A stretch of DNA of 41,033 bases from a virus (IMGVR_UViG_3300032237_000768:1-41033); one strand, 5' to 3'; counted from the stretch's first letter, positions 19,477 to 28,702 are shown. Made by a program: numbers and translations. Notes: generated by a model not told the origin, from the letters alone.

Positions 19477-19845
19477 ATGGGGCAAATATCAGGCGTAAAC
19501 GCATCATCAATAACAAGTATAGCAGGAGTAGCAGTAGCAAATATTAGCTACGTTGGTCCTATTTCTGCTGCAACTTTAGGATTAGGTGGAGGAGGTGGTG
19601 GAAAATCATTTACATATGATAGTTTTAGCGAGCCAGGAGCTGCTTGTTCTTTTGGTCAAGAATCTATTAATAAAAATGGTGCTCAAACATTATATTATAA
19701 TTCAGGAGAAGGTAGAATGTATACTGATGCTGGATTTACAAATCCATTTACGGGTACTGGTAATTATTATTGGGATCAAACAGATAATCAATGGTGGGGA
19801 ACAATATCGGGTGAGGGATATGTTGAAAGTTTTGGATCATGTTAA
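19477..19845 (+). CDS. Small putative fibre-tip/adhesin protein
   Basis: N-terminal ISGVNASSITSIAGVAVANISYVG pseudo-repeat, a Gly linker, then an aromatic-rich C-terminal domain; follows the fibre gene. Confidence 0.5.
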   Translation: MGQISGVNASSITSIAGVAVANISYVGPISAATLGLGGGGGGKSFTYDSFSEPGAACSFGQESINKNGAQTLYYNSGEGRMYTDAGFTNPFTGTGNYYWDQTDNQWWGTISGEGYVESFGSC

Positions 19846-19850
19846 TATTA

Positions 19851-19884
19851 TTTGGTTTTCCAAAATAAATTTCATATATTTATT
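19851..19884 (+). promoter_or_regulatory. Bacteroidota-like promoter TTTG-N20-TATATTTA
   Basis: TTTG at 19851-19854 and TATATTTA at 19875-19882, upstream of the glycosyltransferase cluster. Confidence 0.5.
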
Positions 19885-19901
19885 GGAAATACAATATTGT
19901 T

Positions 19902-22568
19902 ATGCAAAAACTGTTATACATTGCTCCTCACCTATCTACAGGCGGTTTACCGCAATACTTAACTAAAAAAATAGAATTACTTAAAAACGAATTTGATATT
20001 TACCTAGTTGAATGGGTAGATTGTACCGGGGGTAAGTTAGTTGTTCAACGTAACAAAATTAAAAACTTACTTCCGGAGTCAAAATTCTATACATTATACG
20101 AAGATAAAACCGAATTATTTTCTATAATTAATAAAATACAACCTGACATTGTACATTTGGAAGAAATTCCTGAAATGTTTATGGATACTAAGGTTGCTGA
20201 ATTTGTCTATGACCCAAGACGTAAATATAAAATCGTAGAAACATCTCACGATTCGTCTTATGACACAACTCAAAAAACATTTTTTCCTGATAAATTTATG
20301 TTTGTATCTGATTGGCAAGTAAACCAATATAAAGATATAAACATTCCTTCTGTTTTGGTTGAATATCCAATTGAATATGTTAATCGTCCTGATAGAACAG
20401 AGGCGTTAAATAAATTAGGATTAGATCCTGAATATAAACATGTTTTACACATTGGTTTATTTACACCACGTAAAAATCAAAAAGAATTCTTTGATTATGC
20501 TCGTGCTTTAAAAGATGAAAAAATTATATTTCACTGTGTAGGTAATCAAGCAGATAACTTTAAATGGTATTGGGAACCACTAATGCAAGACAAACCAGAA
20601 AATGTTGTTTGGTGGAATGAAAGAACAGACGTTGAGAATTTCTACCAAGCAATGGATTTATTCTTGTTTACATCTCGTGGTACAGATCGAGATAAGGAAA
20701 CAATGCCTTTAGTTATACGTGAAGCTATATCAAATCAAATCCCTATTTTAATTTACAACTTACCAGTTTATTTAAATTACTTTAATAAATTTGATAAAAT
20801 AAACTATCTTAACTTTGATAATTTTAAATCTAATTGTAATAAAATACTATCAATGTTAGGTATAGGTAAAACTATTACAAATAAAGAAGAAGAAGTATTT
20901 GTTATTTCAACCTATCCAAAATCTGCAACTGTAATCAAATCAACTAAACAATGTATTGAAGCGGTTAAAAAAACAGGACGTAAAGTAATATTAACTTCTC
21001 ATATTCCTGTTCCTAAAGAATTAAGCGATATAGCAGATTATGTTGTTTCTGATAATAATAATATTTTAACTAAACATTCATATTATTGCAATTATTGGTC
21101 TGATTACCCTGAAGCTAAAATATACGTTAATTTAAGAGGTAATGACAATGATGTTTATCATGGTCCTACAGTTTATTCAAATTATAGTAACGGAGCAGCA
21201 TTAGCCTTTGGTTTAGGATTTAAAAAAGCATTTTTCTTAAATTACGATTATATCCTTAAAAACGAGGAATTTGTAAATGAAGTATCTAAAGAATTAGAAA
21301 CATCAGATCTATATTTCGGAAAATATCAAGCCCATGAAGGACCATGTTTATATACATTCTTTTATGCTGCAACTCCAGGACCATTTATAAGTGTAATTCC
21401 AAATATTTACAATGCTGACGATTACAATAAATTACAATCAAGTTGGGGTAGTGAAAGTAATGGTTTAGAAAATATGTTCTACCATGCTTTTAAAAATACA
21501 GAAGACATTTATTATGAAGATGGAGATGAATTTAATCGTAAAGTAGAAAAAACATTTTATCATACCGATTTTTCACGAGTAGAATATTATACAATATTAC
21601 CTACAAATATCCCAGACACCTTTGCTCCATTTATTAGAATATCTAATAGTAAAGAAGATAAAGAAATAAGATTATCAATATACAATAAAGAAGGTAAAGA
21701 AATTAATTACGAATGGATTAGTGTAAATGGTAAAGTAGATTTTTATAAAATTTATCCATACGAAGAAGGACTAACAGTAGTATTTACTGTTTATGACAAC
21801 GGAGATTTATCTGAGAAAAAAACATTTAAAGTAGAAAATTTACAAAATAATGGTTTATTAGAAATTAAAAACCTAAAACCAAAAATTAAGTTAATGCATT
21901 TAACTACTGAACCGGAAACTAATCCAAAAGAAATCCGTTCTGTAGAAAATATAAAGGCGTTTTGTAATGAAATGGGTATTGATTACGATTTAAGAATTAA
22001 TAAAATATGGACAGAAATGCCTCCAAAAGATACCTGCAATCGCCCAGATGTAGTTCAAGAAAAACCAGGATATTATAAGTTAGCTGCCGGACATTATGGT
22101 TGTTACTTAGCACATAAAAACGCAATATGCGACGAAGACAACGTTAACTATGATTACGTATTAATAGTAGAGGGCGACGTTGTTATCGATAGTGATTGGA
22201 ATGAATTATATGAATCTTTAAAACGATTTGCACGTATTTCAACTGAAAAAAATATGGATGTTATCGGATTTGGAAATCCATGGCAAGACAGAAATTTAAA
22301 TGGTGGTAAATACGAAGATATATTTTTAGACGTTACACCATTTATACCTGCTCAATCATATTTGATTACAAAAGATAAAGTAGCAAAAATAAAACAACTA
22401 TTAGAAACAACACCTTGGGATGCTATTGACTTATGGATGTGCAACGTAGCAAGATTACGAATTGGTACAGCAGATAAAATATACACTAAACATCTTCCAG
22501 GTTTTAGTATAATAGAACAAACAATAAAAGACGCAAATACAGATAACCCCTTAATATTTTTACAATAA
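19902..22568 (+). CDS. Multidomain glycosyltransferase (N-terminal GT4-like GT-B, central GT-A-like, C-terminal GT25-like)
   Basis: GT-B part: HLSTGGLPQYL, PRKNQ, FYQAMDLFLFTS...ETMPLVIREA. Central part: FLNYDY. C-terminal part: GHYGCYLAH, LIVEGD, AQSYLIT, AIDLW. Confidence 0.8.
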   Translation: MQKLLYIAPHLSTGGLPQYLTKKIELLKNEFDIYLVEWVDCTGGKLVVQRNKIKNLLPESKFYTLYEDKTELFSIINKIQPDIVHLEEIPEMFMDTKVAEFVYDPRRKYKIVETSHDSSYDTTQKTFFPDKFMFVSDWQVNQYKDINIPSVLVEYPIEYVNRPDRTEALNKLGLDPEYKHVLHIGLFTPRKNQKEFFDYARALKDEKIIFHCVGNQADNFKWYWEPLMQDKPENVVWWNERTDVENFYQAMDLFLFTSRGTDRDKETMPLVIREAISNQIPILIYNLPVYLNYFNKFDKINYLNFDNFKSNCNKILSMLGIGKTITNKEEEVFVISTYPKSATVIKSTKQCIEAVKKTGRKVILTSHIPVPKELSDIADYVVSDNNNILTKHSYYCNYWSDYPEAKIYVNLRGNDNDVYHGPTVYSNYSNGAALAFGLGFKKAFFLNYDYILKNEEFVNEVSKELETSDLYFGKYQAHEGPCLYTFFYAATPGPFISVIPNIYNADDYNKLQSSWGSESNGLENMFYHAFKNTEDIYYEDGDEFNRKVEKTFYHTDFSRVEYYTILPTNIPDTFAPFIRISNSKEDKEIRLSIYNKEGKEINYEWISVNGKVDFYKIYPYEEGLTVVFTVYDNGDLSEKKTFKVENLQNNGLLEIKNLKPKIKLMHLTTEPETNPKEIRSVENIKAFCNEMGIDYDLRINKIWTEMPPKDTCNRPDVVQEKPGYYKLAAGHYGCYLAHKNAICDEDNVNYDYVLIVEGDVVIDSDWNELYESLKRFARISTEKNMDVIGFGNPWQDRNLNGGKYEDIFLDVTPFIPAQSYLITKDKVAKIKQLLETTPWDAIDLWMCNVARLRIGTADKIYTKHLPGFSIIEQTIKDANTDNPLIFLQ

Positions 22569-23516
22569 ATGAAAATTTGTCAAGTACATCCAGGATGTGG
22601 TATTCCTGTTCCCCCAACAACATGGGGTGCCATAGAAAAAATAGTATGGGAGTTTACTCAAAATCTAATTAAATTAGGACATGAAGTAGATATAAAATTT
22701 ATAAACGAAATTAATCCAGGTGATTATGATATAGTACATTGTCATGTTGCTAATTTATCAATTCAATTAGCTGAAAAAGGTATTCCTTATGTTTACCAAT
22801 TACATGATCATCATGCTTATCATTATGGTAAAGATTCTTATGTTTATCAAGAAAATTTAAAAGCAATAGATGGTTCGCTTGTTGCTTTGATGCCTGCTAA
22901 ATTTTTAGTAGATTATTTTGAACACCCAAAATGCGAATATTTTTCTCATGGTGTAAATACAGATGAATTTTATCCTATAGATTATAATATGGTAAATCAT
23001 AAATTACTCTGTATTGCAAATAATGGTATGGCAGGACATTCAGGTAGAGATAGAAAAGGATTTTCGTATGCTATTGCCGCTGCTATACAAATGGATTTAC
23101 CTATTACAATAGCAGGACCAAGTAATAACAGACATTTCTTTAATGAAAATTTATGGACCTTAGCTTATCCAAAATTAGAAATATTATTTGATGTTCAACA
23201 AAAAGATTTAAATAAATTATATCAAGAACATACTATATTTTTACACCCAAGCGAATTAGAAGCAGGCCATCCAAATTTAACTATACTTGAAGCCGCAGCG
23301 TGTGGTTTACCGATTAATGGTTGGATTGAACATGCTACTGATTTTTATGGAATGTGGAGAGCGCCTAGAGATGTTTTTGAAATAGTTCGCGGTCTTAAAG
23401 ATATTATCAATAATTATAAAACGTATAAAGAAAATGCAATCAACCATGCTAGATCATTATCATGGTTTAATCGTTCACAAGATTTAATAAAAGTATATGA
23501 AAGAAGTTTTAATTAA
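22569..23516 (+). CDS. GT4-family glycosyltransferase
   Basis: IPVPPTTWGAIEKIVWE, HGVNTDEFYP, RKG and HPSELEAGHPNLTILEAAACGLP motifs. Confidence 0.85.
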   Translation: MKICQVHPGCGIPVPPTTWGAIEKIVWEFTQNLIKLGHEVDIKFINEINPGDYDIVHCHVANLSIQLAEKGIPYVYQLHDHHAYHYGKDSYVYQENLKAIDGSLVALMPAKFLVDYFEHPKCEYFSHGVNTDEFYPIDYNMVNHKLLCIANNGMAGHSGRDRKGFSYAIAAAIQMDLPITIAGPSNNRHFFNENLWTLAYPKLEILFDVQQKDLNKLYQEHTIFLHPSELEAGHPNLTILEAAACGLPINGWIEHATDFYGMWRAPRDVFEIVRGLKDIINNYKTYKENAINHARSLSWFNRSQDLIKVYERSFN

Positions 23517-24702
23517 AGAATATAATAACATCCAACAATTAAATATCCCTCCTAAAGAAGGAATAAATTCAATTAATTTTCATTTTATAGACGGGGCGTT
23601 TGTAGAAATTACAGGTCCTGAAGATAAAAAATATAATGTTAAATGTATAAATAAAATTACTAATGAAGTAGTACACAATACTACTATTAGTAATAATATG
23701 TGGACTAAAACAAATGCTAAATACTTTATTAATTGGCAAATAGAAGTACGTGATGGTGATGATTTAATATTTACACATGATTATGATGCTAAAGGTAGAA
23801 GAGTTTATATTCATATGGATTCAAGTGCTATTGGTGATACATTAGCTTGGTTTCCTTATCTTGAAGAATTTAGAAAAAAACACAATTGCCAATTAATATG
23901 CTCTACATTCCATAATAAGTGGTTTGAATCCCAATACCCAGAAATCGAATTTGTAAAACCAGGAACTGAAGTAAGTGGTTTATACGCTATGTATACTATT
24001 GGATGGTTTTATAATGAAGATCATACTGTAAATAAAAATAAAATCCCAATTGATTTTAAACAATATCCTTTAGGACAAACATCAACTGAAATATTAGGAT
24101 TAAGGTATAATGAAATTAAACCAAAATTAGCTATACCTAATAAATCAAGACAAATTGATGGTAAATATGTTGTTATAGCACCACACGCTTCGGCACACGC
24201 CAAATATTGGAATAATCCTGGAGGGTGGCAAGCTATAATTAATTACCTAAATGATAAAGGTTATAAAGTAGTAATGATTACTTCGGAAAAACTAGGAGAT
24301 GAATGGCATGATTCTAAATTAGGTGGAACTTTAAAAAATGTAATTGATAAAACAGGCAATTATCCCCTTGAAGATAGAATGGTAGATTTAAAACACGCTG
24401 ATTTATATATTGGTTTAGGTAGTGGTTTAAGTTGGTTAAGTTGGAGTATAGGTACACCGACAATATTAATCTCAGGATTTAGTCAACCATATAGTGAATT
24501 TTTAGATTGCGAACGTATTTTTAATTATGATACTGACGTTTGCACGGGTTGTTTCAATACACATCGTTTAGATGCAGGTGATTGGGAATGGTGTCCTGAA
24601 CATAAAGATACCCCACGTCATTTTGAATGTACTAAAACTATCACACCTTTTAAAGTAATTAGTGCAATTGATAAACTTTTAAATATTTATAACAAAAATT
24701 AA
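23497..24702 (+). CDS. Aah/TibC-like (autotransporter O-heptosyltransferase-type) glycosyltransferase
   Basis: SAIGDTLAWFPY, AKYWNNPGGW, YIGLGSGLSWLSW, LISGFS, and the four-Cys motif CTGCFN...WCP...FEC matching the metal-binding signature of this family. Confidence 0.8.
   Translation: MKEVLIKEYNNIQQLNIPPKEGINSINFHFIDGAFVEITGPEDKKYNVKCINKITNEVVHNTTISNNMWTKTNAKYFINWQIEVRDGDDLIFTHDYDAKGRRVYIHMDSSAIGDTLAWFPYLEEFRKKHNCQLICSTFHNKWFESQYPEIEFVKPGTEVSGLYAMYTIGWFYNEDHTVNKNKIPIDFKQYPLGQTSTEILGLRYNEIKPKLAIPNKSRQIDGKYVVIAPHASAHAKYWNNPGGWQAIINYLNDKGYKVVMITSEKLGDEWHDSKLGGTLKNVIDKTGNYPLEDRMVDLKHADLYIGLGSGLSWLSWSIGTPTILISGFSQPYSEFLDCERIFNYDTDVCTGCFNTHRLDAGDWEWCPEHKDTPRHFECTKTITPFKVISAIDKLLNIYNKN
24684..24691 (+). 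promoter_or_regulatory. TATTTATA putative late promoter motif, inside the 3' end of the upstream CDS
   Basis: Recurrent motif upstream of the ATG at 24702. Confidence 0.55.
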
Positions 24703-25340
24703 TGGCCTATCCTTTATTAAGTAAAACTAATATTTCTTCATCAAATATTATACAAGCAGCCGATGTTTCACAAAGCATTGACGCTTTTACAGGTACCGCT
24801 AATTATCAAATCAGAATATCAGGATCATTATCGGTTACAGGAAGTATAATTGATAGTGGAGCTAACGATACTAATAAACGAGGATTTACAGGCTCATTAT
24901 ATGGCACGGCTTCTTATGCTATAAGTTCATCTTATGGGTATGCTTATACAAGCTCAAATACTACTTCAGCATCATTTACTTATAATTCATCATATACTTC
25001 TGGAAGTTTACATGGGTTTACAGTTAGATCTAGTAGCGATAATCATACAGCCTCTTTAACTAATATAGGAATACTTTCAGGAGCATCTTATATTCGTTCA
25101 GGTGATATTACTATGACTATAATTTTTTCACCTGCTCCCTTTCAAAATCCTTCAACTTTAGGAGATAATGTTTGGGTAACAATAAGTCAATTTAATAATA
25201 GACAGAGTCCAAGTAATTTTGATGGTTATGTTGCTGTTCGTAGTGTTGATACCGGTAGTATTCAATTTGAAACACGTACTCGTAACCCCGCACCGGCTGA
25301 TTTACCTTTTACTTTTACATGTGTTTATCAAACTTCTTAA
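24702..25340 (+). CDS. Short fibre-like virion protein, paralogue 1
   Basis: LSKTNI...VSQSIDAFTG N-terminus, TGSLYGTASYA, NVWVT. Confidence 0.6.
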   Translation: MAYPLLSKTNISSSNIIQAADVSQSIDAFTGTANYQIRISGSLSVTGSIIDSGANDTNKRGFTGSLYGTASYAISSSYGYAYTSSNTTSASFTYNSSYTSGSLHGFTVRSSSDNHTASLTNIGILSGASYIRSGDITMTIIFSPAPFQNPSTLGDNVWVTISQFNNRQSPSNFDGYVAVRSVDTGSIQFETRTRNPAPADLPFTFTCVYQTS

Positions 25341-25346
25341 TAAATA

Positions 25347-25958
25347 ATGGCTAATATATTATCAAAAACAGGTATAATTCCTGGAACAGTAGTTCAAGCA
25401 TCTTATGTTTCTCAAAGCATTGATGCTTTTACGGGTATTGTTCCTTATAATCTTTCATTAAATGGAAATTTTAATCTTATAGGAGTTTTAGATACTACAG
25501 CTTTATCAGGAGGAAACGGAGGTAGTCTTACCGGTTCTTTATCCTCTACTTCTTCATTTGCTATTACATCTTCTTATACTAATAAAATAAATACCCCTAT
25601 TAGTTGGTCATTATATGCTACATCGGCATCATATTCTGAAGGAGTATTAAGTACTAATGTTCCCGTTTTTCAAATTCCATCTTTAAATCCTAGTATAATA
25701 ATTGCCGGTAGTGGAACTATATTAATGGATACTAATACTTATGAATTATATAATACATTTTTTAGTGGAAAAACATTAAATAATAATGTTTGGGTAACAT
25801 TACTTCAAAGAGGACCTTATCCTTCAACAAATCCAAACTATGGAAGTACATGTGTTATTCCCTCAGGTATATCGGGTAATGTATTGACCTTTAATGTTTT
25901 ATCAGGAAATGCAAGCGCAGATTTAACTTTTGATTTCATAATAACGGTACAACGATAA
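25347..25958 (+). CDS. Short fibre-like virion protein, paralogue 2
   Basis: LSKTGI...VSQSIDAFTG, TGSLSSTSSFA, NVWVT. Confidence 0.6.
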   Translation: MANILSKTGIIPGTVVQASYVSQSIDAFTGIVPYNLSLNGNFNLIGVLDTTALSGGNGGSLTGSLSSTSSFAITSSYTNKINTPISWSLYATSASYSEGVLSTNVPVFQIPSLNPSIIIAGSGTILMDTNTYELYNTFFSGKTLNNNVWVTLLQRGPYPSTNPNYGSTCVIPSGISGNVLTFNVLSGNASADLTFDFIITVQR

Positions 25959-25961
25959 ACA

Positions 25962-26576
25962 ATGGCAAACATATTAAGCAATTCAGGTATAATTAATGGT
26001 CAACAAATTACAGTTAATGAAATAACTCAAATTATAGATGTTTTTACTGCAGCTATTCCTAGTGATGTTACACTTAAGGGTGAATTTTTTCCAACAGGTA
26101 GTACAACTAAAATTATAGCATCTAATGGTTTTATAGGTTCATTATATGGAACTTCTTCTTATGCTGTTTCATCATCTATAGCAACAAATGGACCCTTAAC
26201 TTACACTTCAGCTTCTTATTCTTTAACATCGTCTGTTTTTACTCCTTTAAAAACAAATACATCTACATATTCTATTGGTTATACAACAAATGTAACAACA
26301 GGACTAATTTCAGGATATGGTCAAATACCAGCCGGAGCATCATCATCGGTTATTACTGGTTTAACAGTATTAATAGGAAAATCAATGGATACTACAGGAC
26401 GTAGTGGTTCAGTTTTTATATCAATGTTTCAAGATAATAGTAATGGAGGTAATTTTGATTCTAATAAAGTTGTAATACCTTATACATTATCTAGTTCAAA
26501 TTTAACCTTTCAAACATTAAGTGGAACCTCAACCTCAGATACAATAACATTTAATTACATAATCACTTACGTTTAA
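25962..26576 (+). CDS. Short fibre-like virion protein, paralogue 3
   Basis: LSNSGI...ITQIIDVFT, IGSLYGTSSYA. Confidence 0.6.
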   Translation: MANILSNSGIINGQQITVNEITQIIDVFTAAIPSDVTLKGEFFPTGSTTKIIASNGFIGSLYGTSSYAVSSSIATNGPLTYTSASYSLTSSVFTPLKTNTSTYSIGYTTNVTTGLISGYGQIPAGASSSVITGLTVLIGKSMDTTGRSGSVFISMFQDNSNGGNFDSNKVVIPYTLSSSNLTFQTLSGTSTSDTITFNYIITYV

Positions 26577-26584
26577 TATTTATA
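26577..26584 (+). promoter_or_regulatory. TATTTATA putative late promoter motif
   Basis: Recurrent motif upstream of the ATG at 26598. Confidence 0.65.
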
Positions 26585-26597
26585 ATAAAATAAATTT

Positions 26598-26849
26598 ATG
26601 ACAACACAAGTTTTAACACAAGAAGAATTACAAAGCATTAAAGAAGTTCAAGACAAAAGAAGAGATTTAATGGAACAATTCGGAGTTATTGAATTAACAA
26701 TTCAAGAATTAGAAATTCAAAAACAAGAATTACGAACAGAACTCCAAACATTAAAATTAAAAGAAATCGAAGTTGGCTCAACACTCCAAAACAAATATGG
26801 TGAGGGTACAATTAACGTAGAAAAAGGAGAATTCATTAGTTCCAATTAG
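26598..26849 (+). CDS. Small coiled-coil protein (possible assembly chaperone)
   Basis: 83 aa with heptad-rich helices, ending KYGEGTINVEKGEF. Confidence 0.6.
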   Translation: MTTQVLTQEELQSIKEVQDKRRDLMEQFGVIELTIQELEIQKQELRTELQTLKLKEIEVGSTLQNKYGEGTINVEKGEFISSN

Positions 26850-26869
26850 TTTTTTGAATAGTTCTGTAA

Positions 26870-26877
26870 TATTTATA
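26870..26877 (+). promoter_or_regulatory. TATTTATA putative late promoter motif
   Basis: Recurrent motif upstream of the tail sheath ATG at 26905. Confidence 0.65.
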
Positions 26878-26904
26878 ATAAAACAAACTAAACTCATTTA
26901 AAAC

Positions 26905-28641
26905 ATGGCAGAAACATTAATTTCCCCTGGTGTATTAGCAAGAGAAAATGACCAGTCATTTATTTCGCAGAATCCAGTAACCGTAGGTGCAGCCTTAATA
27001 GGTCCTACCGTTAAAGGACAGGTAGAAATACCAACAATCGTTACTTCATATAGTGATTACCAAGCAAAATTTGGTACTACTTTTACCAGTGCAAGTAATG
27101 TTTATACTTATTTTACTTCAATTGCAGCATTTAACTACTTTGCTAATGGTGGTGAAACATTATTAGTATCAAGAGTTGTAAGTGGAACATTTACATCCGC
27201 AAACGCTTTAGATGGTGCTACAGGTAATCCAACTATCAGTAGTAGTGTTAACTCAGCATCACTTCAATTATCTACTTTATCTAAAGGTATAATCATGAAC
27301 AGTAGTTCAAGTTTAGATAGTGCAGGTGCTTTAGCTAGCGGTTCAGCTGATAATGTTAGATGGCAAATTGTTAACTCAAATACCGGTTCAGGTACTTTTG
27401 ATTTATTAGTTCGCCGTGGTGATGATAATACAAACAATCCAACAATATTAGAAACATGGACTAATTTATCTTTAGATCCATTTACACCAAACTATGTTGC
27501 GAAAGTATTAGGTGATTATGTTACTAATTATAATGCATCAACAAACCAAGTAGAAGTATCTGGTTCTTTCCCAAATAGAAGTGCTTATATACGTGTTTCA
27601 AATGTACCTAACCCAACACCAAATTATTTCGATAATGCAGGTGTTGCAAAAGCTCAATATAAAGGATTTATACCAGCAAATGGTAGTGGTTCATTCGGTA
27701 ATGCTACAGGTAATTTATTTACAAACGGATCTACAGCATTTTATAACCAAATTACCTCAGCTACTCCAGCAAATAATGTACAAGGTATTCCGAGTGCAAG
27801 TTATAATAATATGATTGCTTTAATGTCTAATGCAGACGATTACAGATTTAATATATTATTAGCACCAGGTTTATTTAATAATTTACAAACATCCCAATGT
27901 ACTACAGTTATTAATAACACTCAAAATAGAGGAGATAACATATTTGTGTTAGATTTAGTAGCATACGATGGTTTAATTACCGATGCAACTACACAAGCTG
28001 CTTCTAGAAATACTTCATACGCTGCTTCATATTGGCCTTGGGTACAAACAATGGATCCAGATTCAGGACAAAATGTTTGGGTACCAGCTTCAACAATGAT
28101 TGGTGGTGTTTACGCTTATAATGATACCGTTGCAGAACCTTGGTTTGCACCAGCAGGTATTAATAGAGGTGGATTAAGTACAGTAATTAGAGCTGCACAA
28201 AAATTATCACAATCAAATAGAAATACATTATATACAGGTAAAGTTAACCCATTAGCTACTTTTCCAGGAACTGGAGTTGTAGTATACGGCCAGAAAACAT
28301 TACAAACAGCAGCTTCGGCTCTTGATCGTGTTAATGTTCGTCGTTTATTAATTGCTCTTAAATCTTATATTTCTCAAGTTGCTCAAAACTTGGTATTTGA
28401 ACAAAATACAATTGCTACAAGAAATCAATTCTTAAGCCAAGTTAATCCATACTTAGAAAGTGTTCAACAACGTCAAGGTTTATACGCATTTAAAGTAATT
28501 ATGGATACTTCAAATAATACTCCTGATGTAATTGATAGAAACGAATTAATTGGTCAAATTTATATTCAACCAACTAAAACTGCAGAATTCATTTACTTAG
28601 ATTTCAACATTTTACCAACTGGCGCTACTTTCCCTGGATAA
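26905..28641 (+). CDS. Contractile tail sheath protein
   Basis: SPGVLAREND, YWPW, PWFAPAGINRG, GQKTL, DRVNVRRLL, VFEQN and IQPTKTAEFI motifs. Confidence 0.95.
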   Translation: MAETLISPGVLARENDQSFISQNPVTVGAALIGPTVKGQVEIPTIVTSYSDYQAKFGTTFTSASNVYTYFTSIAAFNYFANGGETLLVSRVVSGTFTSANALDGATGNPTISSSVNSASLQLSTLSKGIIMNSSSSLDSAGALASGSADNVRWQIVNSNTGSGTFDLLVRRGDDNTNNPTILETWTNLSLDPFTPNYVAKVLGDYVTNYNASTNQVEVSGSFPNRSAYIRVSNVPNPTPNYFDNAGVAKAQYKGFIPANGSGSFGNATGNLFTNGSTAFYNQITSATPANNVQGIPSASYNNMIALMSNADDYRFNILLAPGLFNNLQTSQCTTVINNTQNRGDNIFVLDLVAYDGLITDATTQAASRNTSYAASYWPWVQTMDPDSGQNVWVPASTMIGGVYAYNDTVAEPWFAPAGINRGGLSTVIRAAQKLSQSNRNTLYTGKVNPLATFPGTGVVVYGQKTLQTAASALDRVNVRRLLIALKSYISQVAQNLVFEQNTIATRNQFLSQVNPYLESVQQRQGLYAFKVIMDTSNNTPDVIDRNELIGQIYIQPTKTAEFIYLDFNILPTGATFPG

Positions 28642-28651
28642 GGGAAGGTAG
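28625..28651 (+). terminator. Hairpin over the sheath stop codon (terminator, attenuator or stability element)
   Basis: CTACTTTCCCT-GGATA-AGGGAAGGTAG 11-bp stem with only a weak U tract. Confidence 0.5.
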
Positions 28652-28672
28652 TTACCTTTTATAACTCACTAA

Positions 28673-28680
28673 TATTTATA
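28673..28680 (+). promoter_or_regulatory. TATTTATA putative late promoter motif
   Basis: Recurrent motif upstream of the tail tube ATG at 28703. Confidence 0.65.
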
Positions 28681-28702
28681 ACAAGAAAATAAATAAAAAA
28701 AC

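Noticed and set aside
24702-26576. Diversity-generating retroelement or invertible tail-fibre cassette
   Set aside because: No reverse transcriptase or invertase, no near-identical template/variable repeat pair, and all copies are on the same strand.
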